A stretch of DNA of 63,094 nt, filler included, from Octopus bimaculoides (taxonomy: Eukaryota): NCBI RefSeq assembly GCF_001194135.2. It is 3 parts of 2 records of this genome, joined end to end, with 100 filler letters (N's around TTAATTAATTAA, not from the genome) between each part and the next. Parts side by side here need not be neighbours in the genome. Positions count along the whole stretch, not along the records: positions 1 to 17,228 come from NC_068982.1; positions 17,329 to 41,850 come from NC_068982.1; 1 more part is not named here. One strand, 5' to 3'. Within the stretch, counting starts at the first letter, position 1. Each line of letters opens with the position of its first letter. The notes under the pieces were generated by a model. That model was given only the letters and a program-made list of their open reading frames with translations, searched no databases and was not told the origin of the DNA. Positions 13,641 to 28,702 of this stretch are shown here, piece by piece. The translations under genes and the position numbers were made by a program.

Positions 13641-14344
13641 TAAATTTATGCTGTCATCTCACTTTCCACTGTTTTCTGTTTCGATGATGATGTCGGTGGT
13701 GGTAACAAAAATAGTAGTGGTGGAGGTTTTGTTATTGATGCCACTGTTGTTGGTGCTGTCGCTGATGCTGATTGTGATAATTATTGTCCATCGCGTGCTC
13801 TTCTCTCTGAGGACTGTTACTGTTGTCGATACTAGCTTTGTCATTGTCGGTGTCAGTGGAAATAGTGTGAACGGTAGAACTACTACGTTCCTTGACCATG
13901 CTGGTAGTAATGTTGTCGTTGCACAGGATTTCCGTGAGGTCGGTGATGGAGGTCTTACTAATATAACTGTCACATGATTTGATGGTAAACTTTGTCTTCA
14001 CTTGTTGATTTGCTATCACAATACACCGCTCCACACGTTTACTATCTGTCTTTTTCTCTCTTATTGGAAACTATTACTACAGTCATCTTGTTAAAGAAAA
14101 CTGTCAATTAAGGAACAAATCTAACCCTCATAAAATAGCAAAGGGAAACTGACCATTTCTTGACAAACAAAAATAACGACGAGTAATAATTCCTTTGTAC
14201 AGAAGAATCAAAATAAGTTAGTGAAACTTATAGAACGAGAGATTGACATGACAGGCAGCGAAAAGCAGTTGATAAATATAATAACGATAATAGTTTTTGA
14301 ATTCTCACTATAAATGTTTCAATAGTCGTATATAAGCTTTTTTT

Positions 14345-14565
14345 TTTTACCTTTCTACAATAGACACAAGGTTTGAGATTTTAGGGGAAGGGATAGTCGA
14401 TTACACCCACCCCAGTACTCAACTAGTACTTATTTTATCAGTCCCGAAAGGATAAAAGACAAAATCGACCTAAGTGGGATTTGAGCCAAGAAGGTAACGA
14501 GTCAGAAGAAATGTCGCTAAGCAGTTCGTTCAACGTGTCAACAATTCTGCTAGCTCACCACCCTT
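14345..14565 (-). mobile_element. SINE (same family as 10454)
   Basis: Reverse-complement match to the family consensus (gacacaagg...cccagtactcaactagtacttattttatc...gatttgagcc). Confidence 0.75.
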
Positions 14566-16681
14566 CCGTTGTAGTCCATTATTCAGAGATTGAATTTCTG
14601 GGAAATTACATATCAACTAGACCGGAGCAGTAGTTAGATTATTAATTTAATCTTATAGTCTTGGGCAGGATAATGAGTTTCATGACGAAGAAAAAGAAAT
14701 CAACTAAATCATGAAGAGAATTTTAAATGAATGAATTATATTTCTTCTGGAAATACAAATAAAATATTTTTAAAATGTCATGATTAGTTAATAACAAAAA
14801 GTTGGTTTTTAACAGTTTTTCAGTGAAATTGCGAATATTTAAAATAAATATCTTCAACAAACCAACAAAGAAACTCCTGACAAGTCGTTCTACCGGTTGG
14901 AAATAACAACCAAATTTCATTTAACCCTTTTGTGATACACGGTGTTTTGGTATGTGTAGCCAAAAAAAAAAAAAAAAAAAATTTTTCTATTGAGATACAT
15001 CTGCTGAAAGACGATCTCTGATTAGCTATTACACTTCAAGACCAACCATTCACAACATTTGTTCCATCGGGTTGATGGATCGGCCTCAAAGTCCTTTTAG
15101 CTTGTATCACTTGGGCTGATCAATCGGTCTGAGTGTCCCAAGAGTGTTAAACACCTTACCATCAAGAAAAAAGAAAAAGGATACATTAAATAATAGAGAC
15201 TGTGATGGTTCTTAAAAGATGGAATGAAGTCGATTGGAATGGATTTCATCACAGGTCGGCAGAAACACTTTTATATCGAGCTAAAGAAGAAAATCCTCTT
15301 CATTCATATTTTGGAACAAAGTTTCGTAGTGATAGGAGAGAAGTACCAACGTTCAATAATACAATATATTTGTAGTTATATTATTAGAATAAAAATCAAA
15401 AACAAATTGCCGAAGCCTATTACCATTTAAATATTGTAGGGTAGGGGTCAATTTAATTAGTGGTGGAGGACAGGGCTCAGGGGCAATACGTGTGGAAGTA
15501 AAGGCTACTTGAGGGTCTCAGCCACTTTCACGTTAATTTCTCGAGCAGGTTGTTTCGTTGATCAGCTCAACCGGAACTATCGTCATCGTAACCGACAGTG
15601 CTAGTTAATGGAGTTGGGGCACTTGTGTAAAATATAAGTCTTTCAAATGTCTGTTGTTCACCAGTCATAGTGTCGAATGGTGGTTACGTAAGAGTGTGTT
15701 ATTTCCTTAGAAAGTAATTGTGCTGAGTATGTGCCGTGTGCGTCGTGTTTAATTATTGGCTGGTGGTTCTGTAGAATACGTTATTAGATGGTGATTGTGT
15801 AGTATGCGTAGCGAGTTGTGCAGAAAACTTTCTGTGTAAGTTCTATAACTGAGTCATGCATGATTTTTAAAGTCTTTATTGATGTTCTTTATCATATATA
15901 GTGCTCCAGCTAAAGATTCTGCCTTTCTTTCATAGCCTACATATTATTTATTTCCATTTCTGTATCCTTATATTATGAGAGCTTTTTGGCTTTTTTCCTG
16001 TGATATTTTTGTTAGAAGTGAAGTGAACGAAATGAATAGTTCTCGTTCTTGATGATTATATCTGGACGATTTGCTATATGAGAAGTGAATAATTAAATTC
16101 ATGCTGGGGTTGACGTAATCTATTTCACCCCTTTCCAAAATAAGTGGTCTTCTGTCTTTGTGTGAGACCATTAATGTGAGGACCACCAGCCTCTTTTAAC
16201 CGAGAAGAGCAGGCAGTTTTCTTCCAGCTTGTGACTATGGTGAAAGAGGTTGTATAGTGGACGAGCCTGAAAGGACACTTTCTTCTTTGGTCAAGTCTCC
16301 ATCGTCTCTTACAAGGTCCGCTTGGAAAGGAAGGTAGGACTGAAGAGACAGGTGCTCTCCTGCAGTAAATTTAAGATGTGGCTCACTGTGGCTTGATTGG
16401 CAAGGGCGAACGGGTCCACTCTCAGCATGCGCCTGTATGTTGAAGAATGACAAATGAGGTTTCTTGATGGGTCACGGGTTTTCTTGTAACAGGAGGAGTG
16501 TATTATCATTTAATTGCATTCTGTTTATTTCTTATTTTTTGTTAATATTTTATTTCGATTATATTTTTACCCAATTCGATTTCCATGTAATCCCACACAC
16601 TTTATTTAGCTTGTTTTTACAATATTCTCTTCCTCTGATGTTGTCATGGCAAATAAAAGAATCCTCATCATCATTGTCAGC

Positions 16682-16713
<32 letters not shown>

Positions 16714-16777
16714 AACCACCACCACCACCACCACCACCATCACCACCATCATCATCATGTGTTTGTAAGATCAACCT

Positions 16778-16940
16778 ATATGGCTATGTGGCAAGAAGCT
16801 TCCTTCCCAACCACATGGTTCCGGATTCAGACCCACTGCGTGACGCCTTGGGCAAGTGCCTCCTACTATAGCCACGGGCCTTGTGAGTGAATTTGATTGA
16901 CGAAAACTGAAAAACTCCCGTCGTATATATACACAGACAT
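16778..16940 (+). mobile_element. SINE head/central part (gctgtgtggtaagaagctt family)
   Basis: tggctatgtggcaagaagcttccttcccaaccacatggttccggattcagacccactgcgtg...ttgggcaagtg; similar copies at 59864 and 61645. Confidence 0.75.
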
Positions 16941-17272
16941 GCAAGAAGTAAATAGACACGTTTAATTTTCAAAATTTCTGATCTAAGCGTCTTAATATGT
17001 TTTCAGCGGTGTAGAATTTACAATGTAATTATTCTTTTTCATTCCAGGCGCCATTATATTAAACATTTGCAACGAGTAACCATGCCACGCACAAAATTTC
17101 AGCATTTTCAAAGAGGTCGTATTTTTGGGTAATCTGAGGCGAAAAATTGCCGAAAATTTTCAAATTCCTCTTGCTACTGTTAATAGAATTATAATGCAAT
17201 TCAAAAGCCGAGGAAAAGAATCAACAGANNNNNNNNNNNNNNNNNNNNNNNNNNNNNNNNNNNNNNNNNNNN

Positions 17273-17284
17273 TTAATTAATTAA
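17273..17284. other. Artificial gap spacer TTAATTAATTAA (also 41895-41906)
   Basis: Identical 12-mer embedded between N runs twice; contains stop codons in all six frames. Confidence 0.85.
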
Positions 17285-17950
17285 NNNNNNNNNNNNNNNN
17301 NNNNNNNNNNNNNNNNNNNNNNNNNNNNAGCAAAGGTTGAGTTGAACTGTTGCTGCTGCTGTTGTTGTTGTTGTTGTTGTTGTCGTTGTTGTTGTTGTTG
17401 GTGGTGGTGGTGATGATGGCGTCAGCAGAAATGGTGTTGACGTCAGATACTTTGGAGACATCGTCTGTGTTCTGTTTTGTAACTTTGGTTACAGTTTTGT
17501 TTTTGTTGTTGGTGGTGGTGGTGGCGGTGTTAACTTTCAAGTTAACACTTGCATCTGTGTGTGTGAATTCTTTTTTTCTTTTTCTCCATTCTCTCGTTTA
17601 ACTGTGAGGAAGGAAGACTAGGAAATTCTTTTTCGAACGAAACACTGCAAAATTCAACGTTCGTTTGACGAAATTCTTCATGGCTAGAAGACGCCATCGT
17701 CTCAAAATAAAAATGGCTAGAAAGCCGAAATTGATTTTTAAAACCTGGAAATGTGCCACACAGGGCAGATTTCCGTTGCAAAAAACTTGCACCAGAGAGT
17801 CTATAAGTTGTTATACAACTTTCTATATAAAATAAACTTTACAAACAAACTTTTTAAAACATAAAAAAGGCAAAACTTACGGAGCCGACACGTCTACCGT
17901 CTGTCCATAGAGATAGATAGATAGATAGATAGTTAGATAGATTTAACAGC

Positions 17951-19191
17951 CAAATGATATTTGACTGTTATTTCGAGTAAACAGAGAGTCTATTAATGCG
18001 TTAAGCCCGTAACGATGAGAAAAAAATAGTTTATGGAAAAAATATCCGTTATATGATCGGTCAGGAAAGATACCTGCATTCAATATTTCTCAAACGCCTC
18101 ATTAATAACAATTTAGAATATAGTCCTAAATAGATAGGTAGATAGATACAGAGATAGATATGTGTGTTTACACACATAAGCGTCTTTTGTAAGTGAGCGT
18201 ATGTGTTCGAACAAGTTTCTATGTATGTGATTGTTCTGTTACCATAGTTTGAAATACGTCCTTAGTTGCTAGTGAAATCATTTTTAATTCACTTATTTTT
18301 TCTTTAATTTATTATCATTAATGAACGATGGGTTTTGCCTTGTATAGTAGATCTCTAGAACTCGGCAACTGCGACACTACACATTACGGAGTATGTTACC
18401 CGAAAGATATCAGAGAAATTACCTGTGCACACTCATTACAACAAACTGTTTGAACCGAAACCAAAAACCTGAAGTAGTCGAATTCACCTGCACGACAAGA
18501 AAAAAAATTAAGATCGTAAATTTGTGGACATTGAAACCACCTCAAATATTTTACCTTTAATTATGAAGGCTATCACATTGTAAATGTGTTCTCTTCACGT
18601 GTAATCAATATATTATTGGTGTTGTTGCTTAAACGAGTGTTCCTATACGGCTAGCACGTCAGAAATTTTAAATTAATAGAGATTGTCATGTTTAATAAAA
18701 TTATATATGGTTAAATGTCTTTAACATTGTCGAACACTATGACGAAGGAAGAATATATAGGAATGCATACATATCTTTTTCTCATAAAGATGAGAGAGGA
18801 CATAGATTCATAAAATATCTTTTTGGCAGGGTCGCATTTTTGCCAGTCTCAGAACAGTTGGTTAACATCCATGGCAATTCATTTCCGGTAAAATCTATTT
18901 TAAATGTTAAGGGACATTTGCAACTATATTTTATCAAATATTCAGATAGTTTTTCACCGCTTATAATAACGAATATGCCCATGCCCTTTAGAACGACATA
19001 CGGAAACTTCAAATGATATTTGGTTGTTATTTCGAGTAAACAGAGTGGCTGTTAATGCGTTAAGCCTGTAACGATGAGAAAAAAAAACTTAGTGTATGGA
19101 AAAAATATCCGTTATACGATCGGTCAGGAAAGCTACCTGCATTCAACATTTCTCAAACGCCTCATTAAATAACAATTTAGAGTATAGTCCT
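17951..19191. repeat. Local ~180-bp direct duplication (17951-18127 and 19010-19191)
   Basis: caaatgatatttg...atttcgagtaaacagag...aaaaaatatccgttata.gatcggtcaggaaag.tacctgcattcaa.atttctcaaacgcctcatta...tagtcct in both copies. Confidence 0.9.
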
Positions 19192-20576
19192 ATTTTCCAT
19201 TCATTTTCTATACACACTATGCACGGCTTATTTCAAAAGAAATACCCTTTGGATACACATCAATGTTAATGGTTATTTATGTATGAAATAATATTTCTGT
19301 GTTTGTTTTGTGGGTTTAGAGAACAATCTAAGCTAGATTTATGAGTCCACCATTATGCTAGCACTCTCCCTTCTTTTCATAGTTTGACCAATTGCTGCTT
19401 TTAATATCAGAACTGACAAACCAATGTAAACTATCTTCAGCTGCATTGTCTTTGTCCACGTGTCCTGTGCGTATATGAGATAGTTCAGTATTCTTGTGAG
19501 TTTATGTTTGTTTTTATAAGGTCCAGCTCTTCTAATGGCCAGGCGGGATATCTCTGTTCGTATGCATTAAGTTTTTCCGTTTTCTAATATTTTATATTTC
19601 TACACACTTTGACTTGGTACAGTTATCTTCCTTCCATTTACTCTTTGATAATTATTCATTTCATTGAAATAACTATCCATGAAAATGTGTGTAGTAGAAT
19701 GGTTATTAAACTCATATATGCTGTTCCGATGAGTATTTTATGTAATAATAGTACTATTATTTTGCATAAGTACGTCATAGCCAACAGCAGAGTCAACAGC
19801 AAATACCACTATAATATAAGAGGGTATTCAGTATTGTTAGGAATATTAAAAGAAGGCAGCATAATAGTAGAGTGCTGACACAAATGTATTGCGGGACTTA
19901 TTAATGTCATTTAATATTCCCTGATCAGAACTTGCCGAAGATGTTTTCATGTTTGTCTCTCAAGGACGACAAAAAAATAAAAATAAAAATAAAAAACTAC
20001 CGATAATGCATTGATCACCCTTCTCAATTGTAGCTTTTTGTCGATGTAAGAAAACAGATTGAGCATATAAAATTCTGTTCAGTATACGCTGTTTGTAGCA
20101 GGTTCAGACTTATGCCACCGAAAGTATTATATATACGATACAATATTTTTTCTGTGAAATAACGGGTTGCTCTGTAGTATTTATTCCTAGGGGATTAAAA
20201 GAAAAAGCAGAATAAAACCTTGCTATTTCCTCCCCCATCCTTCTCAATGCTAACCAGTTACTCGGTGTTATAAACGGAGACAATTCATATAATACAGCTG
20301 ACACATCACAAACACTCAAGAGGTGAATTACTATGTTTAAAAGTAAGCATCCCATGGAAAATTCTACTACTCGACGGTTTCCTCTCCATAAATTTTTGAA
20401 GTTAATTATGAATGAGTAAAACACAGCAATAGTATATTCTTGGCTTATATATGTATTGTAATGTGTCTTCGAATTTCAGAGATCTTTCCTTGAGTATTGT
20501 TGGATATGAGCAAAGGAGAGGCAAATCTAAAATCGGCCTCAAAGGCTTAACAACAGCAATAATCAGAGGATCATAG

Positions 20577-20796
20577 AAGGCGTGAGCTGCCAGAATCGTT
20601 AGCACACAGAGCAAAATGCTTCGCAACATTTCGTCTGTCTTAACATTCTGAGTTCAAATTCAGCCGAACATTACCTTTCGTCCTTTGGGGTTCGATAAAA
20701 TAAGTACGTGTTGAACAACGGGGTCGATGTAATCGACTTAGCCCTTCCACCGAACTTTCTGGTCTTGTGCCAAAATTTTAAATCAATATTTAGAGG
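20577..20796 (+). mobile_element. SINE with imperfect 11-bp TSD
   Basis: Family consensus; flanked by gaggatcatag (20566-20576) and gaggattatag (20797-20807). Confidence 0.75.
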
Positions 20797-21899
20797 GAGG
20801 ATTATAGCAATGTAATTTCCATGAATGGAATTCCAGTGAAGGAGACAACTGAAACAGAATTAGTAAGTATTGTTAAAGGAGGATTAGTAAGAGGATGGCT
20901 TCCGTTCAACTAAAGCTACAATTGCAATCGCATCCCAACAGAAGAAATATGTTTGTATGGACGAGACAGGCACACACAATGATAAACACACATGTCCCCG
21001 CTACACACACACATGTATATATGATTACACAATCGTCGACATCAATCAAGGTTCACCATATTTCTGCACGCATATGCACAGGTCATTGCAATGTAGAAGG
21101 CAATCAATTGATGATGTTATCACTTGATGAAGCATGCATGTATCCATTCCTTACGCAACCAATGTGGTAACAGCCGTTACCAAAGCACAAACAATCTGTA
21201 CAGATACTGCAAGTTCTCTCTTCAACATTCTAATGCCTAAGATAATTTACCAGCTCTGACTGATATCAGCCCACAAAGTTTGAAAGATAAAGTAGCTTTG
21301 GTGAAGCTCGAATTTAAAGACCAGGGGTCTGAAAAGATACTTGTAGACAATCCCTTAGGAAACTCTAACGATATATCACCGACATATATGCTATATGCCT
21401 GAATGTAAGCATGCACGTATGTATGTATATATGTATTAATGCATGTATGTATGCATTCATTCATGTATGCCCATATGTGTGTATATTATAGTTTTATCTT
21501 TAGATTATTTGCCAATGTAGAAAGAGTCAGTGATCCAAGACTCCTTCCTCAAAGTATTAAAAAATATCAAAGCAATTTTTGCATATTTGTGTTTCTATGT
21601 GTAATATTTGGAGTTAATACATTTTTGCATGCTGTGTTTAATACATTATACTCATGCATATAGTTGCATGTCTAGATATGGGCACAAGTTCTCTATTACT
21701 AAACATTTGAAAATTTTTACATATTTTGAGAGTTCCCATTATGGTTTATAACTATACTCAATTTATTATCTTTCTGCTTTCTCGTTTCGAAAAGCCTAAT
21801 ATCTCAATATTGGTACTGAAACAGTTTTTACATATACTAGTAACCCTAATAATTATGTACATAAATCTGAACTTATTTATAATCAGAGTAGAGCAATTG

Positions 21900-22500
21900 T
21901 GAATTTCTCACCAGTTCATCGTACGCCTTTCTTTTTTCTTTGATCTTTAGCTTTATTTTGACATCGACTGAGCACTTGTTTTCTTCTACTGTACGTTGTT
22001 TCTCTTCCCAGTCCTATGTCTGGTCTATAATGTTTGTATTTAGTAGAGGTTTTGATTAGGACATTCCACCAGAACTCTTTCATAATATGAGCAGCTGTGA
22101 CCTCTACCACACTTCGGGTTATAATTTCTTTGCCTTCAATATTATCCTTCTGACAGATCTCCCTGTACTTTGTCTTACCTACACCATTATATGTTATCAG
22201 TAGATTACATCACGATGACATTTTCGGACAACTGCTAATGATCTGGATGATTTTTTCAGTGTTATCTTCAGAAAGTCTGCATCGATTATCATATCTTAAT
22301 CATTTACCCGCACCCTTTCTTATCTGTGCATCAGTAATTCGTTCGCTATTTCTTGTTTATTGATTGCAAACGCATATTCCCTCAAAGTGATCGTTAGTGG
22401 CTTTTGGTCTATGAGACACTGTTTTGATTATCCTTGAGCTTTCTAATAACATATCCATTCATGGACTTCTGCTGATATGCACTAATGTTTTTATCTGATA
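21900..22500 (-). mobile_element. Degenerate R4/Dong-like LINE 3' part with restriction-like endonuclease
   Basis: FAINKQEI, NRCRL...IIQIISSCPKMSS (decayed CCHC region), then EFWWNVLIKTSTKYKHYRPDI (PD-(D/E)xK motif context). Confidence 0.7.
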
Positions 22501-25500
22501 GCATGTTGCGGTAAATTTGTGCAACTTTGCGTGTTTATTCAAGGTTATCAGGCAAGAAATGTTTCTCGAGGAGCCGCGTTCCATGTCTCCTGATGGCTCA
22601 TGTTATACACTTTTATGTTTGGCGGTTTAATGATGTTGCTGTGTATGTATATATATATATGCATGTATGTATGTATGTATGTGTGTATTTATGCATATTT
22701 ATATATTTGTGCGTATATGTATATATGTACCTATAATTTATTAACACGCCCTTCAAACTTATGTGCATTTAGGTGAGTGTATGTGTGTGTGCGAATCCAC
22801 ATTGAAGACATTTATACTCCATCTAAATTCAAATATATTTCTATTGTGTATGAAAGCATTATGTGTTTGCCTTAATTATATTAGCAAATACCTGCAATAA
22901 AGGTTAAAAATTTAAGAACTTGCATTAAAAGTTAAAGATTGAAAGATTTGCACTAAAAGTTAAACATTTATTTATTTGTAAATATTAGGTTTCTCAAAAT
23001 GTTTGTCATTTGATATTTGTGAGGCATTGTAAGAAGTGTAATAACATTGATAATAAAGTGCTTATGTAAGCTTGAATCACATTTTATGTAACTTTATATA
23101 ACAATCACGTGTAATAAAATTTAGCTGAAAATAATATTATAGAACAATAATTCTTTTCATATAATTTATTAGACAGCAAACATCATAAATATCGTTACGA
23201 CACATTGCAGAAATCTATTTCTAAAAATCCGAGATCTACAAGTAATAACGTTGTCACTTAGCTTTATTTCGTTACATTCAATATTGCCCAACAGAAATGT
23301 TGAGACTAAAGCCGATAAAACTGTTAATGTTGTTCTAATAGTTATTCATTTTAAGTGAAAAGGTATATTTAATATAACTCCATTGTGAAAAGAAATACCT
23401 CTTTAATCATACAGAAAGAAATCATTAATATTATGTAAAAATATGTTTACAAGGAAATACATCGATCTAATACTGTGGAAATATATTATTACCAGTCTAA
23501 ATGTGCGTCAGAATGTTTTTATTTGGTTTTCTTTTATTAAAACCTGCTGTATCTGTAATATCGCAAATATAAGATCAAAAACTTCCAGATTAAAATGCAT
23601 TTCACTAGGAACATTTTCCCTATTACTTCTGCTATCCTACAATCCAATTAGAGCTTGATGCATATGAGATTTGGAAGTTTCCCAAAAGCCTAAAAGGAAT
23701 AGCTTGTTAGCCAAATCAGATATCAAAGAAACCATTGCATATCCGAGGTAAAATCTTGATAAAAGAAACTGTATTCTAGTTCTGGAAGTTTACTTAATCA
23801 AATTATAAACTTAGATTAGGTTTTCTAATATTTCTCCCTTGATACTTTACTCAATATTATTTGCTTGAATTCCTTAGCAATTTTATTGCTGTCTGTCTTG
23901 ATTTTTCCCATTCGATTCTACGATGCTATATATTTTGTCTTTCATTAATATCCAGAAATGTGTTCGATAAGAATATACATATATGCTATATACATATGTC
24001 ACATATGTTCTACGTATTTTATCGTCATAAAAATAAGATCAAAATATATTTTATGCTGAAGAAATCTATATTTGATTAATATTATTCGTAAAACTATTAC
24101 TGAAACCAAGTAGACATAGAGCTGTGACTGGTTTGAAGTAATTTATAAATATTCAGATATAGAGAATTTTAACTCAACACCTAAATATACTTGTCTATAT
24201 AGTTCACATTTGCTATGTTGGCTATGTATATCTACTTTTTACACAATAATTAAATTGAAATTATTTCTAGCGTATCAATTTATTCCTTGCGTGTATTCGG
24301 TTTCTTAGAATAAATAATAATGCAAGAAAATAACAGCTGTATTTCTTGAGAATTGAAAGCATAATTCCGTTTCCTTGGATTACAAGATAAATTGAGTGCT
24401 TTTGTTTTTCTTATATATAGATTTATCACCTCGTATACAGAGCGTAATCGAAATTCATTAACCTTAATGCAAATTCGTTGAAACTGAATTCCAAATATAT
24501 ATATATATATAAATATATATATATATAAACTAATACATCTGTTTGTTGTCTACACCACCTGTCTTCGTCTTTTGTTTTTTTATGAATTCTCCCTATATAT
24601 GTATATATGTATATATATGTGTATGTATATATTTGTTCAGATCCAGCACTGAAACTTTATTTTATTTCCTGGTGTATATCATTGTGCCTATGAAAGAAAT
24701 TATTTCTTGTTGCAGTTCTCTTGTAGAAATATGCCATCTACTGTTTTCTGTCCACTATCGTTTTTTAGTCTCATGACAAACACGTATATCACCGTTCATT
24801 AATGAAGATAGTAGTATCTTAAAAATTATTGCAAGCTCTACAAAGTAAGCATCAATAGGCATTGCCATTTTGTTTCCTTTTTCAATCGATAATGTTCAGT
24901 AAATTTGCATATGCTTCGCTTTGACCCTATTTACATCTACATATTTTTTCTGTAAAATAATAAAATTATGAAGGTGTGAAAATTTGATATAAACTATGAA
25001 GATTACAAAATAAGATTCAAGATATATCTGAATACAATTGAAACTCATATGTCCTAAACATAGTATTCAAAATTGAACAGGTTCATGAACCACTAACATA
25101 CATATGAGGCACCATTGTTTCATATCTGTTTACTATCATGAGTCTTATGTCTTACTTGTAAAAGATACTGGAAAATTAAATATTCCAATTTCTATGTTTT
25201 TTTGTCAATTTCAAGTAACAATTGAAAGGCGAAAACATACAATACTATTTTGATTAATTTTGCATAAGATATACGTTGTTTTGCATTATATTCTTCTTGA
25301 ACATTTTCCAGTAGGAAACAATTATATTTTCTAATATTAAATAATGCATCAGAGTAATCATACAAATAATCTTTTCGCTGAAATAAAATTTTTATTCACG
25401 TTTTCAAGAAACTCTACGATTACAAAACATGTACAATGCTCGAGGGAATTATGAAGTGGTATTTAAAAGGAGAATACAATTTTCCGCTCATTTATTTTAA

Positions 25501-27758
25501 TGGCTATAACTTAATGTTGCTTTTGTATTCGTTTTTTATTTATATTCTAGAAATGAGAAAATATAAATATCAGCATAAAATACAAAATATAAATAATAAG
25601 CAACGCAATGAGAAAAAAATTCATTCAAATTTTCAATTAATACTTTTTCATCCTATTTTTCTATCTCATTGAAAATCTTTTTTGTTTATTTCAGAACACG
25701 GAAGTCAACTTAATGGGGCCTAAGACAGAAATGAAGATATCTAAAAACTTTAGGCAGTTTCTTTTCAATGACATTCATTTGATCTCTATTGTTGTTTGAT
25801 GTATCTGCAACGCTGCTGATGACTAACAATATATAATCAGCCTATTCTTTATTCTTCTCTTTCTCTAGTCACAACATAATCACAATACGTTATTAATGAT
25901 AATATTCATAATTATAATAATAATAGAGAAAAAAAAACAAAACAAAAAGCTGACAAAATACAATCTCGTAGTAGTTAAAAAGGCAAAATTGATGGTGCTG
26001 GCATGATGACTGATATAATCATCTTAGCAACAACATAAGTACGAGTGCTTCTGCGTTAAGAAAAGCAAAATGACTATCTATGACAATACAGAGAGGCATT
26101 TTTTACGCAGTCAGAGTTCTACTACGAATAGTAGTGAAATCTGCCAATAACAAAGAGGTATTTAAGGAGGGAATGATTTTGATTATTCGTCTCCAATGTG
26201 AGGACATAAATGTGGTTAACGATAAAAAAACGACTGTTTGTATACCTATAATACTATTTCAACTTTTTGACCCTGCTTAGAGTCACAATATGGCTTTCAC
26301 TTTGTTTCATTATACATGGTGGGGAGACCAAGCAAATACGCTATTTTTTTTCCTAATGTGGCTGGTTTGAATTATTGGTAAATCTAAACGCATAGCACTT
26401 TTGCTCGGTATATTCGCCTAGCGTGCATTTCTAATATTTAGATTTAATAACTATATTATACAGAAAGTATAACAAGTTCTACAGTGATACAGTTGGAACG
26501 ATATTTGAAAAAAAATTATGAATATAGTCATATTAGCATATACATGAGTTCATATACCTCTGAGGTCGACTTTACATTTTATCCTTTCGGGATCTATAAA
26601 ATAATAACCAGTTGACTACTAAGGTCGATATAACCGAGGCCGAAACTGATGGCCTTGTGCTAAAATTTGAAGCCAATATTAACATATACTCAAAGTATTT
26701 TAACATGTTTGATCCCAACATGTATATTCCTGCTTCTTTATAAGAATATATGTTATTGCATAAATTCAAATGATTACCACCATCAGACAGAATAATTCAA
26801 TTATAATTCCTGAGTGGGTTCTTTAGTATTTAAAAGAAGTGTTCTGCATTGGAAGATTCTTAGTTAACAGAATTAGCATTCGTATAGAATTTCTTTATCT
26901 AAAAGGGAAGCCAAAACAGTTTTTTTTTCCGTTATTAAATTGGATGCCTAATTGTTATCAGTCTCAGAACGCCTGTGATTACTCATATGGCAATTATATA
27001 TTTCATATCTAGATAGAAAAATCTCATATGCTAAAATGAATTTTGATTTCAATGAAATAGAAACAGCTTTAAGCATGTTGAAATGTTACTAACATTTGAA
27101 GAGAAAGCCATTTTCTATAACCTGTAAAATATCTATAAATACGACTAGTTTAGATAGCATAGTATTGTACACACACACAAGTATATATATATATATATAT
27201 GCATATTCTACCTTGAAGTAAACTAAATACGTTGGATCAAAATCGGCTGATACATTATGCACTGGGATACAAGAATTGTATGGCAAAATTAGTTATTTCA
27301 ATAATTCGCATTCAAAAGTGACAAATTTCAGACAAAAAAAGAAAATAAGAATACCTTTCATAAAACTGCGTTTATATTTGTTGAATATGATATATAATAT
27401 GCTTCTAGTTCTTCGAAGGAATTAATGGAGTGCTGTGTCNNNNNNNNNNNNNNNNNNNNNNNNNNNNNNNNNNNNNNNNNNNNNNNNNNNNNNNNNNNNN
27501 NNNNNNNNNNNNNNNNNNNNNNNNNNNNNNNNNNNNNNNNNNNNNNNNNNNNNNNNNNNNNNNNNNNNNNNNNNNNNNNNNNNNNNNNNNNNNNNNNNNN
27601 NNNNNNNNNNNNNNNNNATATATAAATGCACACGTTAGTAACAGAAAGAGTGACCAATCTCTCAAAGTTGAGGTCAAAACTTTTCAGAGAGACAGTTTCA
27701 CAAATACTTAGATACTTGCTGAAATAATAGATGCTGCTATCTGGAAATCGCTATAGTT

Positions 27759-27812
<54 letters not shown>

Positions 27813-28507
27813 CGTGTGTGTGTGTGTGTGTGCGCGCGTGTATATATATATATACATATATAGTTCATTTGACTAATGGCTTATTTCGGAAGCAACTTTC
27901 TGATATAGAGACCTATATAATCTCTTAGATAAAAATAGTTTAATGCATAATTTAGTTTATATGCTTATTTGACCCTTATAGTCGACAATATTTTCGACGT
28001 AAATCTTCATATGTAATCTTGACAGTAATGGATACATGTCTACAGGGAAAGTCACGTAAGTATTCATTATATGTTTCATGAAAGAATATTTCTTTCAAAT
28101 ACTGATACACTTTTGAGGTTTAAATAATTTCCTATCACAAATATTGAATTCGCTTTCCTGTTTCATTTACACGAAGCAATGACTAATCGTCATGAAAAAT
28201 AACATTAAATTGAATGGGTATGAAATTGAATTTTAATGAAAGTTACTTTTAATTACATATAAACAAAATGAGTTCTATAATTGGTCATTGTAATTTTCTT
28301 TGTAACATGGTTTCTTACATTGCTCATACGCAACATGATTCATGGCAATATGAATAAATAATTGAACGGTCGTCAAAATGGGAGGCTAACAGCGGGCTAT
28401 AAGCATACATTTCTTTCATTTTTCTGTGTACGTTCTTGAAAGATTGTTTATGTAAGCGTGTGCTTACATACATACATGCATACATGCATGTAGATGTGTG
28501 GGAGTAA

Positions 28508-28702
<195 letters not shown>

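Noticed and set aside
15151-15165. Minus-strand ATG|GTAAGG resembling another tubulin first exon
   Set aside because: No downstream tubulin exons on the minus strand.
15960-16470. Coding-like minus-strand frames (IQAHAESGPVRPCQ...)
   Set aside because: Probably a TE remnant, but no diagnostic motif was found, so it is not called.
20480-20900. PDZ-like phrase (VISMNGIPVKETTETELVSIVK) on +, and a 71-codon minus frame restored by removing the SINE
   Set aside because: The + frame has stops after SINE removal and lacks the rest of the fold. The minus frame is within chance length and has no recognisable homology.
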